Source: Candidatus Saccharimonadota bacterium
Lineage (GTDB): Bacteria > Patescibacteriota > Saccharimonadia > Saccharimonadales > Saccharimonadaceae
DNA length: 32,000 bases
Direction: 5' to 3'
Assembly: GCA_020160975.1 (NCBI GenBank)
Contig: JAIUPJ010000001.1
Coordinates: forward strand, 420,001 to 452,000
A program made the position numbers and the translations under genes. Shown here piece after piece: positions 16,578 through 24,753 of this stretch. The number at the start of each line of letters is the position of its first letter. The stretch's first letter is position 1. The notes under the pieces are model-generated. The model was not told where the DNA came from. It ran no database searches and saw only the letters and a program-made list of their open reading frames with translations.

Positions 16578-18315
16578 GTGCTATCTCCTTGATAAGTAAG
16601 TTGAGTTGGCGACGCAAATCATCAGCTTTTGTTTCGTCATCAGCCTCTTCTGCGTTTCTCAACTCAGTGATTAATATGTCTCGGGTTTGTTTCTTGTCTT
16701 CGTGTTCAATCTGCCGTAACAAGCGTGCTGTTTCGAAGTAGCGGTCGTTTCCGTCCCACTCAGCATATCGCGTGTCGGCGCGCAATAGAACTATCTTTAC
16801 ATACGTATCGTATTTTTGCAAATCGTCAGGGGTGTCGACAAGCACTTGACCACGATGTGCCGCCAAATACCGTGCCAACGCCTGGCGCTCTTCGCCGTGC
16901 AGCAAATCAAACTGTAGATGCGTCAGCAACTCTTGACTTGGTACGTCTATTGCCGTCAATGCAAGTAAGCTATCCTCGATCGAATAATCAGGCGCCGGGT
17001 CGACAGCCGATGCCTGTTTGATCGGTCGTAACTGCGGAGTTGCCTGCTTGGTATCGTGAGATTTTGCCTGAACCGCTGACAAACTCGTGCCGGTCATCTC
17101 GGCAATTTTTCGCTCGTAGTGGTCTCGCTCGACCGCATCGTGGAGGCTCCTGACAATTGCCAGGCCAGCATTAGTAAAGGCACGTTTGCCACTAGCAGTA
17201 GTGATATCAACCCGCGCCCGGTATTGGTCCAACACCCAATCAACTGCTGGCTGTCGTGCGTCAATCGCTTGTCGCCACAGCGCGACATCTTGCTGAATCA
17301 GCTCGTCGGGGTCTTTCGCTCCATCGGGCAGAGAAACAACCGTCAACTCCACTCCAACCTGCGAACCCAGCCCAATCGCTCGTTCGGTTGCCGCAATACC
17401 TGCCTTGTCGCCATCGTAAGCCAGGCGCACATCGCCGACGAGTCGTTTGACTGCCCGCAGATGGTGTTCGGTCATCGCTGTCCCCGCCGTCGCGACAACT
17501 TGGCGAACTCCCGCCTGATGGCTACTGACGACATCCAGATTGCCCTCGACCATCACAATATAGTCAGTTAATCGAACTGCTTCTTTAGCTTGGCTCAGTC
17601 CAAAAATATGACGACCTTTGTCATAAATAATTGTCTGCGGCGTATTGAGATACTTTGGTGCTCCCTCTACATCTTCGATAATACGCCCCGTAAACCCAAT
17701 CACCTGTCCACTCGGATCCATTAGCGGTATCATCACGCGTCCACGGAACATATCACCACCAAATCGATTTGTCAGGCCAGCATCTGCCAGTTCCTTTTTC
17801 GTAAAGCCTTTCTTGCTCAGTGCCGTCGTCAATGCCTGCCCCGAATCAGGAGCGTATCCAATCAAAAAATCAGTCACCACTTGCTTTGACAGCCCGCGCC
17901 GCTCAAACACATATTTCATAGCGCGCTGACTGCGTAGCAAGCATTGCTGGTAGTACTTGGCCGCCCAGTCGTGCGCCTCATATGCTCGTTTTTTGCGACG
18001 CGCCAATTCCTGACTACCTTTTGTTTCGTACATCGATAGATCTACCCCGGCTTTTCGGGCCAAAAGCTCGAGTGCTTGGCGAAAATCCATCCCCTCGACT
18101 TCCATCACAAATGAGAAAACATCACCGCCTTTATTGCTGCTAAAATCATGCCAAATGTTTTTGTCGGGACTCACAAAAAAACTCGGTGTTTTTTCACCAC
18201 TAAACGGACTGAGACCTTTGAAGTTGCGGCCAGCTCGCTTGAGTTCTACGTACTCACCAATCACATCTTCAATGGCAAGCCGCGACCGAATCTCCTCCTT
18301 GGCTTCTCCCTGCAT
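16564..18315 (-). CDS. dnaG: DNA primase
   Basis: 583 aa. The N-terminal zinc-ribbon-like region is [41 protein letters not shown], with the ligand positions substituted. The RNA polymerase core and TOPRIM are present ([18 protein letters not shown]). Classic dnaG-rpoD operon order. Confidence 0.95.
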   Translation of the reverse strand: MQGEAKEEIRSRLAIEDVIGEYVELKRAGRNFKGLSPFSGEKTPSFFVSPDKNIWHDFSSNKGGDVFSFVMEVEGMDFRQALELLARKAGVDLSMYETKGSQELARRKKRAYEAHDWAAKYYQQCLLRSQRAMKYVFERRGLSKQVVTDFLIGYAPDSGQALTTALSKKGFTKKELADAGLTNRFGGDMFRGRVMIPLMDPSGQVIGFTGRIIEDVEGAPKYLNTPQTIIYDKGRHIFGLSQAKEAVRLTDYIVMVEGNLDVVSSHQAGVRQVVATAGTAMTEHHLRAVKRLVGDVRLAYDGDKAGIAATERAIGLGSQVGVELTVVSLPDGAKDPDELIQQDVALWRQAIDARQPAVDWVLDQYRARVDITTASGKRAFTNAGLAIVRSLHDAVERDHYERKIAEMTGTSLSAVQAKSHDTKQATPQLRPIKQASAVDPAPDYSIEDSLLALTAIDVPSQELLTHLQFDLLHGEERQALARYLAAHRGQVLVDTPDDLQKYDTYVKIVLLRADTRYAEWDGNDRYFETARLLRQIEHEDKKQTRDILITELRNAEEADDETKADDLRRQLNLLIKEIARGKR

Positions 18316-18321
18316 ACTTTC

Positions 18322-18330
18322 AGTATACCA
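18322..18330 (-). promoter_or_regulatory. Extended -10 promoter TGGTATACT, 6 nt upstream of the dnaG ATG (leaderless-type)
   Basis: Minus strand reads TGGTATACT-gaaagt-ATG(18315). No SD can fit. Confidence 0.5.
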
Positions 18331-18503
18331 CCCCTTATAGGAGGGGCCTGCCCCTCCGTCTCGTTCAAAGTAAATTTGAACTTCGGCCCCTCCCCGCTAA
18401 AGATAAGGAGGGGCCTGCCCCACCACTTGTTGCCAACATGGATTCGGCAACAGAGCTCCTCCCAGCTTAAGATAAGGAGGGCCACACCACTCCAACTCTT
18501 CCC
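18331..18503. repeat. Three tandem ~67-68-nt units, each with a TA(A/G)GGAGGG(G)CC core flanked by CCCCTCC-like complements and an internal unit-specific hairpin
   Basis: Cores are at 18338-18357 (TAGGAGGGGCCTGCCCCTCC), 18405-18425 (TAAGGAGGGGCCTGCCCCACC) and 18473-18490 (TAAGGAGGGCCACACCAC). C-rich partners are at 18331-36, 18387-95 and 18456-63. Unit-specific hairpins are GTTCAAA-gtaaa-TTTGAAC (18363-81) and TGTTGCC-n11-GGCAACA (18428-52). Confidence 0.6.
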
Positions 18504-18534
18504 GTCTGTTATCTCTTATGGTTAAATAGATGAA

Positions 18535-19251
18535 ATGGATCCATTCAATCCTCAGCCGACACCGCAGACGCCTCCTCATGCACAGCCCGGAGGAATGGAT
18601 CAACCTGTGCCGGCATCGACCTTACCCCAGCCAGTACCGCTCTCATCGGTCTCTTCCTCGTCTCCCCACCAGTACAGCAATGATTATCTCGATCAAATAG
18701 CCGTCGCCCCGCCTTCCAAAGCGCCCAACAAGTTTGCGGTGATCGGGCTGATCGCAGGAGTTCTTATCGCTGCTACCTTTGCGCTTATTCTCATCACTAG
18801 CGCTGGTGGGCCGGACTCAACGAGTCAAATCGCTACCATCAAAGCTCGCGTTACTACCCTCCAAACCGTCTCGACCGAGCAACAAAAACGTCTCAACGAA
18901 AACGACATTGCCACCGCCAATGCCACCCTGTCTTCAACTCTTGCCACGATGAAAACCGACATCACTGGTCTTTCCTCCAAGAAGACAGACGATGCAAAAA
19001 AAGCCAGTGCCACTGAGTCGGCATACAGCACCAAACTCTCGACAACACTCGCCGATGCGTCGCAGCGTGGCACACTCGACCGACAATATACCGTGCAAAT
19101 GACCTACGAACTGACTGTTCTCAGAGGCATGCTAGTCAAACTCAAGTCGAGTAGCAAAAGTAGTAAAATCACTACCTTTGCTACCACATCGATCGCCAAT
19201 ATCGATCTGATTCTCCAGCAGTACAATTCTTTCTCAGCAACAAAAAGCTAG
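18535..19251 (+). CDS. Hypothetical single-pass membrane protein (Pro-rich N-terminus, Ser/Thr-rich helical ectodomain)
   Basis: 238-aa ORF with TM helix FAVIGLIAGVLIAATFALILIT. TGGTTAAAT (18519-27) lies 7 nt upstream of the ATG; no SD. Confidence 0.55.
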   Translation: MDPFNPQPTPQTPPHAQPGGMDQPVPASTLPQPVPLSSVSSSSPHQYSNDYLDQIAVAPPSKAPNKFAVIGLIAGVLIAATFALILITSAGGPDSTSQIATIKARVTTLQTVSTEQQKRLNENDIATANATLSSTLATMKTDITGLSSKKTDDAKKASATESAYSTKLSTTLADASQRGTLDRQYTVQMTYELTVLRGMLVKLKSSSKSSKITTFATTSIANIDLILQQYNSFSATKS

Positions 19252-19263
19252 GCTTGCTTTCGC

Positions 19264-19602
19264 CTACTCTGTGACTAAGCGGTAACTCAGTAGTGCCAGG
19301 TCTTTGATCTCATCATCGCTCAGCTGCCCACTACAAATTATCGTATTCCAGTGTTTTTTGTTGAGGTGGTAGCCAGGAACAACAGTCTCGTACTTCTCGC
19401 GAAGCGTTTCGGCCAATACTGGGTCGCACTTCAAACTCACGCGGAGTGGCTTGCTGTCGTCTGCGATCAACGCAAACATCTTTTCATCCTCACCCGCACT
19501 TTTGCGACCGACTTTGTAGACGCTAGTACCCTGACCAAAGGGAAAGTCTAACCAGGCATTGGGAAAGCTCAGCAAATAGGTCTCTAGTTCTTTATGGGTC
19601 AT
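19264..19602 (-). CDS. MmcQ/YjbR family DNA-binding protein
   Basis: 112 aa. The motifs FPFGQGTSVYKVGRK..FALI and PGYHLNKKHWNTI are characteristic of the YjbR (DUF419) family. Confidence 0.8.
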   Translation of the reverse strand: MTHKELETYLLSFPNAWLDFPFGQGTSVYKVGRKSAGEDEKMFALIADDSKPLRVSLKCDPVLAETLREKYETVVPGYHLNKKHWNTIICSGQLSDDEIKDLALLSYRLVTE

Positions 19603-20154
19603 CTACACCTTCACCTTCTTCAGATAATACTTCAGCTCTTCGATGCTTCCACGGATATCTTCGAGTGCTCGATGCGACTCGGGTTTGGCAAATTTCTTTT
19701 TGTACTTACCTTCCATCACTACTTTCCAGGCACTGACATCCAGCATGCGGTAGTGCAGCCTGTTGTTTACCCGTGGCCACCATTGCTCGATAAATTTTCG
19801 ATCCTGATGAATTGAGTTGCCACCAAGCAGCACCGGACCTTCGTCGAAATGCTCATCGATGAATGCCAGTAGTTCTCCTTCGATAACGTCGAGTGCTTTG
19901 CCGCGCATATTCTGCTCGAGCAGCCCATCGCGCGCCTCGGCATTTTCATCCCAAAATGCCGCATTTGCGGCCAATTTCTCTGATAGAGCCGCGATATCAT
20001 GCTGCACCACGCCCTCATAGGTGGCAAGCTCCTTGAAATCCCAGTCAGTTGCTATTGCTGCCACTTCGAGTATCACGTCGTCACGCGGACTCAGTCCGGT
20101 CATCTCGAGGTCTACCCATAAAATTCGTTTTGGTTTAAATGCTGGTTTTGTCAT
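19603..20154 (-). CDS. orn: Oligoribonuclease (DEDDh 3'-5' exoribonuclease)
   Basis: ILWVDLEMTGL (Exo I), ILEVAAI, GNSIHQDRKFI (Exo II) and HRALEDI (Exo III with His). 183 aa. TATACT-N6-ATG upstream. Confidence 0.9.
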   Translation of the reverse strand: MTKPAFKPKRILWVDLEMTGLSPRDDVILEVAAIATDWDFKELATYEGVVQHDIAALSEKLAANAAFWDENAEARDGLLEQNMRGKALDVIEGELLAFIDEHFDEGPVLLGGNSIHQDRKFIEQWWPRVNNRLHYRMLDVSAWKVVMEGKYKKKFAKPESHRALEDIRGSIEELKYYLKKVKV

Positions 20155-20168
20155 AGTTCTAGTATACG

Positions 20169-23012
20169 TTAGTCCTCAATACCTTTCATCACCTTCAAAT
20201 CACTATACGCCCACAACTTTGATGATTTGTCGCCACCAATGTGCTGGAAAAAAACCTCTCTACCATCAGTCAATCGACAACCTGATGGGATAAAAACGGT
20301 GTCGTCAAGAATAAAATTACGAACAATCGGCTTTCCTCGATGATAGTACAGCTTTACATCCCTACCATCTGTCAACGCAAACTTTCGTGGCGAGCGCTGT
20401 TTGATCGAGGCAACGACATGACTCGGTGCATACTTTTCAACGCTCAAACCTTCTTCATATAGCCAAGCTCTTAGTCCTTCGTCAATTTGACCGAGGCTTC
20501 GTGACTCGCGAGAAAGTCGGTGAATCTGTGCATCAATATCAGCCGAACTCAACAGAGGATACTCGGCAAACGTATAGGGCACCTCATCGGGTGGAATCAG
20601 GTGCGACAGGTCACTGAGCTCGTGGACAATACGTCGTAAGCTATTCTGTACTTCTCCTGGATGTTCTTTTGCTCCCGCAAACAGCAGCTCCGCACCCTCC
20701 GCGGTCGGCATCTGCTCAGATGGAGTGGTCTCGCGTCCCACACGAATACGCCCTAATCTTTTCTCGACACGCTGCTGCAATCGTCCACTGCTATCGAGCT
20801 TAGGCTCAAGCGGTCGCTCTACAATAAGATGCTCTGCATACCCCACCGCATCTGCAGGATCAATGCCTTCAATCACATGCTCTAAGATATGAACAATCTC
20901 CTGCTGGCCGTCACGAAACACTTCAAAACGACGCGGCCAGCCGACCACGAATTGACTCGAACACCCAGCAGCAATAACACTCCTGCTGCTAATCTTGCGC
21001 TGCGCACCTGCTGTACCTTCGCGAAAGATATTGCGATAAAGCGAGGTCCTACCCTTGTCCTCGCTACCTACTTTTTCGTAAATATTATCGACCAACCCTG
21101 CCAGCATAGCAGTAACAATCGCTCTCTTATCGGCGTCACTTGCTGCCCGCATATGAATATCGTATGGGTTGTACCCCAGCGCACGCATCATCTTGTCCCA
21201 CTGCTTATGTGCTCGTATCACATTTTTTGCATCGAACCCTTCTTCGGATAGCCGTACTTCAGTGTCCCCTGGGCGCACATACATACCTCTGGTCGCCAAG
21301 AATAAATCCAGCTGCGCAACATAATCATTGTCGGCGCCCTCACGAACATACTGCTTCCAGCCAGTACCCGCATCTTTTGCATAATATGCCAAGCCACCAA
21401 CCTCAAGCGCTGCCGCGATCGCAGTAATTTGTGCGATATTCTCTATCGGATACCCGCGTATCCAGGCCTCAACAATGCCTCTCGAAAGCTCCGGTCGAAC
21501 TGGAAATATATCCATCTTCTTGCCAATCGATGTAACATTATTTTGTTCATCGAGCGCACCTAAACGATAGAGCGATTCTTGTGCGGCAACGATTGTCGCC
21601 TCGCTCACATCATTCATCATGAAACGATTGACATCGATCGGATCGAATCCAATGGCGGTAGTATTCAGCACCAGCCGCGATATATTCATGCTATAGATTT
21701 GTGCAGGAGCAAATGGTTCACGATCAACAAGTGGCACAAAGGTAAAGTCGCCCTCCGACTCCTCACCTGGTTTCGTCAGAATACCAATGCCCCCATCGAC
21801 ATCACGGCCAGCTCTTCCGAGCTGCTGAATAATCTCAGCTTGTGATGCATAACGTGTCATCAGCCCAGGAGTACCTTCTTCGTCAAGCTCTGGACGTCGC
21901 GCCAGGCCATCAGCAATCACAAGCGGTACGCCGCTAATCGTAATGCCTGACTGCCCTGCCGAACTCGACACAATCAGCATACGCTCGTCTTCTTGCGGGT
22001 CAAGGTAAATGTTTGCAATAGCTGCACTCGTTAATTTTGCATGCAGCGGATAGAAACGGACGCGCTCCGAACTGCCTTTCAAGTTTTCGTCGAGTGCTTT
22101 TATCGCGTTGTCGATGCGCCCTGAAATTTCGGCTTTTCCTGGAGCAAAAGTCAGCGCTTTTCTCGCACCATCTTCAATATCAGTGCTCCAGCCATATTTC
22201 ACATATGCTTCAGCCGGAGTAAGTTCTGGTTCCTCGATAATCGTGAGGTCGAATGGCCGTCCGTCAACATGCACCGTTGGGGTTTTTCGACCGTTCACCG
22301 AGTCCATCGTCTGGCGAATCCGGTCTTTGTCCTGAGTCGCGCTCGATAGAATCAACCGTGCACTCGGCATCTCCGTAAGCATCGAGGCTGTCACTGCCAC
22401 CGCTCGCTCTACTTCTACATCACCCTCGTGTATTTCATCGGCAATCACGACAAACGGTCTGTCCTTATAGTTCGCTCGCACTTCAGGAAATGTTCGTAGA
22501 TACGTCCCAGCCGTCATAAACACAACCTTATTTGTGTCCTTCCTGTGGGATCGATCACCATGAGAAATACCGAGTAGCTCTTCGGCAAGTTGAGGCGTGC
22601 GCTGATTACTAAGCTCGTCGATTGCACGGGCATACACATTTTCTGCAATCAAAATCCGCGGAACAAGCACGAAAATACGCTCATATCCTTCCCCAAGTAA
22701 ATACTGCCATGGCTGAGTAGTTTTTCCGCTCCCAGTCTCTCCCTCAAGAATCGTAACTTGGTTTTTGTGAACGGTTAAGATTAGCTCATCACGCTTCTTG
22801 GCAATTGGCAGCTGCGGATCGCCGAGCCCCCTTAGTCCATTGGCGATCGTCCGGACTTCAGGCAGGCCTGCTGAGCGCGCTAAACGCCGCCGAGTCAATT
22901 CTCGCGCGTATGCCTGGCGTTCATATCCCGATGCTGGCCGTGGAAAAATATGCGTCTCTTCGGCGTGTACAATCGCAGGATTTGGTCTAGTAGATTTTCT
23001 TTGACGAGCCAT
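20169..23012 (-). CDS. DEAH/RHA-family ATP-dependent helicase (HrpA/HrpB-like) with long divergent C-terminal region
   Basis: Motif I ILEGETGSGKTTQ, motif II VIADEIHEGD, motif III SAT and motif VI QQLGRAGRDVDG. 947 aa. Confidence 0.85.
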   Translation of the reverse strand: MARQRKSTRPNPAIVHAEETHIFPRPASGYERQAYARELTRRRLARSAGLPEVRTIANGLRGLGDPQLPIAKKRDELILTVHKNQVTILEGETGSGKTTQPWQYLLGEGYERIFVLVPRILIAENVYARAIDELSNQRTPQLAEELLGISHGDRSHRKDTNKVVFMTAGTYLRTFPEVRANYKDRPFVVIADEIHEGDVEVERAVAVTASMLTEMPSARLILSSATQDKDRIRQTMDSVNGRKTPTVHVDGRPFDLTIIEEPELTPAEAYVKYGWSTDIEDGARKALTFAPGKAEISGRIDNAIKALDENLKGSSERVRFYPLHAKLTSAAIANIYLDPQEDERMLIVSSSAGQSGITISGVPLVIADGLARRPELDEEGTPGLMTRYASQAEIIQQLGRAGRDVDGGIGILTKPGEESEGDFTFVPLVDREPFAPAQIYSMNISRLVLNTTAIGFDPIDVNRFMMNDVSEATIVAAQESLYRLGALDEQNNVTSIGKKMDIFPVRPELSRGIVEAWIRGYPIENIAQITAIAAALEVGGLAYYAKDAGTGWKQYVREGADNDYVAQLDLFLATRGMYVRPGDTEVRLSEEGFDAKNVIRAHKQWDKMMRALGYNPYDIHMRAASDADKRAIVTAMLAGLVDNIYEKVGSEDKGRTSLYRNIFREGTAGAQRKISSRSVIAAGCSSQFVVGWPRRFEVFRDGQQEIVHILEHVIEGIDPADAVGYAEHLIVERPLEPKLDSSGRLQQRVEKRLGRIRVGRETTPSEQMPTAEGAELLFAGAKEHPGEVQNSLRRIVHELSDLSHLIPPDEVPYTFAEYPLLSSADIDAQIHRLSRESRSLGQIDEGLRAWLYEEGLSVEKYAPSHVVASIKQRSPRKFALTDGRDVKLYYHRGKPIVRNFILDDTVFIPSGCRLTDGREVFFQHIGGDKSSKLWAYSDLKVMKGIED

Positions 23013-23071
23013 AGTATTGTATGCATTACTCGCCCACCATTACTTCTTCTAGCCTACCATACTACGGAGCC

Positions 23072-23104
23072 AAAAAACAAAGCTGCCCTCAAATGAGAAG
23101 GCAG
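23072..23104 (-). terminator. Rho-independent terminator downstream of mscL
   Basis: Minus strand reads CTGCCTTC-tcattt-GAGGGCAG (8 bp including one G-U), followed by CTTTGTTTTTT. Confidence 0.6.
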
Positions 23105-23127
23105 GTCTTGTTTTTTAAGAGCGACGA

Positions 23128-23532
23128 TTAGTCTTTTTTCTTGTCTATTCGATCAAGCTTGGCGATATGCACGAGTTGATAGATCACAAATGCCGTCGCC
23201 AGCAGCGTGATGACCGAACTCAAGATTGCACCCCAGCCAATAGCCACTTCTGGCTGATCGGCAGTTTTCTCGAGAATAACCCACTTCAAACTATTAAGAT
23301 CGACACCGCGGGTCAACAATGCCACGATTGGCGAAATAAATTCGTCAACAATCACTTTCACACTCGCACCAGCCGCAGTACCGATAGCCAGACCGACTGC
23401 GAGTCCGACAACACCTTGCTCGCGCACAAAACTCATAAATCCAGAACCATGACTCGCTACACCCTTGAGGCGGGCTGCTGCCGCAATCTTGCGAACTTCA
23501 TCAGCACGAATTGCTTTTTCGCTTTTTGCCAT
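23128..23532 (-). CDS. mscL: Large-conductance mechanosensitive channel
   Basis: 134 aa. FMSFVREQGVVGLAVGLAIGTAAGASVKVIVDEFISPIV is the conserved TM1 region. A second TM helix and a C-terminal charged helix follow. Confidence 0.92.
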   Translation of the reverse strand: MAKSEKAIRADEVRKIAAAARLKGVASHGSGFMSFVREQGVVGLAVGLAIGTAAGASVKVIVDEFISPIVALLTRGVDLNSLKWVILEKTADQPEVAIGWGAILSSVITLLATAFVIYQLVHIAKLDRIDKKKD

Positions 23533-23586
23533 TTCTGTAACACTCCTTTAGATGACTCCTTTAGATGATGAGCAAATTATAATCGC

Positions 23587-24723
23587 CTACGAAGGAAATG
23601 ACAAGCGTTCGGACAAGAGCGACAATAGGTATTCGCCGCGGCGGATTTTTGCCGTGCGTAGTGTGCCGCCGCCATCGATTGCCTCGTATCGAGTAATGGC
23701 CTCGGTGACAAGCGCTAGCGCTGCTCGTTTCTCTTCATCAGTACCTTTATCTGCCTGCTGCATAGCTGCACTTCGAAGGGTATCGGGGAGGAAAAAAGCA
23801 CTCCGCGTTCCACGCGCCGCACCCAGACTTGCATCAATTGCACGGGCCAGGGTTACCATGTCGCCAAACCGTCTTGCCCTTGCAAGTTGGTTTTTGAGTA
23901 AACGCGGCGCCAGCATAGTATTACGCGGATCAACGTCTGGATACGTGCCTGCTAAGTTTTCAATCGCTGTCATTGCATCATCAAGCCGGCCTGCTTGCGC
24001 TGCACTCAGCGAATCGAAATAATGCTGCACGATGCCACGCCCCGGATACGATGGATAGGTACGCATAATTGGAGTAAAGTCTGCTTGCGTAAGTCGCTCG
24101 TGCCGATGCTTGTGATCGGTCGCAAAATGGAGCCACGGACGACGATTCATAAGATCCGCCCTTACATCATCGTCATCAATTTTGTCTCGTAGCATTTCAC
24201 TATCAAACGTATTTTCTGCAAAAAGCTCTCCTACCGCCAGTTGATCGAGCGGATGTGCTCCACCAATCACCTCGGTGATGTCGAGATACAATTCTTTATC
24301 CGCAACCGACAACATAAAGGCCTTGTTTGAGCCAGGCTTAAAAATAGTCACAAACGCATGCTGGTTTGCAAAACTAATATAGTGTTCAACACCTAGCTTA
24401 TCCAAACATTCCGACGCCACAATCGTGTAGCCATAACAATTTGTTACCGGCCGCTCATGGAGTGCGGCTGGATCGAGCGGCGGCAATTGCGCCTCACTCA
24501 TCGACGAAAAAGACAGCGTATGCCGGACGAGATTACCGACCTCTACGGCAACTTCTACGGTATCGGCAAATGTGTGCCTACCGCTTGTCTCTTCAAATGC
24601 CGCAGCAACACGCTTCATACGTGGAGAATCAAGCAAGGGTGCCTGCAGAATCGTGGGATCACGCTCTCGAAATGATACTTTTGGCGTAATCAGCCCCGAA
24701 GAAAGTAGTCTTTCGTCGAACAT
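23587..24723 (-). CDS. Hypothetical protein; possible transglutaminase-like/papain-fold Cys-His-Asp core plus helical C-terminal half (low confidence)
   Basis: 378-aa ORF. VTNCYGYTIVASECLDKLGVEHYISFANQHAFVTIFKPG...SVAD resembles the C...H...D spacing of transglutaminase-like cysteine peptidases. TATAAT-N7-ATG upstream. Confidence 0.5.
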   Translation of the reverse strand: MFDERLLSSGLITPKVSFRERDPTILQAPLLDSPRMKRVAAAFEETSGRHTFADTVEVAVEVGNLVRHTLSFSSMSEAQLPPLDPAALHERPVTNCYGYTIVASECLDKLGVEHYISFANQHAFVTIFKPGSNKAFMLSVADKELYLDITEVIGGAHPLDQLAVGELFAENTFDSEMLRDKIDDDDVRADLMNRRPWLHFATDHKHRHERLTQADFTPIMRTYPSYPGRGIVQHYFDSLSAAQAGRLDDAMTAIENLAGTYPDVDPRNTMLAPRLLKNQLARARRFGDMVTLARAIDASLGAARGTRSAFFLPDTLRSAAMQQADKGTDEEKRAALALVTEAITRYEAIDGGGTLRTAKIRRGEYLLSLLSERLSFPS

Positions 24724-24753
24724 AAATTATATTATATAATATAAGTTGAATTA

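Noticed and set aside
18331-18503. Whether the three ~67-nt units are a miniature CRISPR array.
   Set aside because: There are only three units, and the conserved part is a ~20-nt core rather than a 25-40-nt repeat with unique spacers of constant size. The third copy is degenerate. No cas genes or leader are present.
18148-18603. Track ORFs 18148-18525(+), 18261-18485(-) and 18397-18603(-) across the dnaG upstream repeats.
   Set aside because: Their openness is a by-product of GC-rich repeats. The translations are Pro/Gly/Arg-rich low-complexity strings, they overlap real gene starts, and they have no initiation signals.
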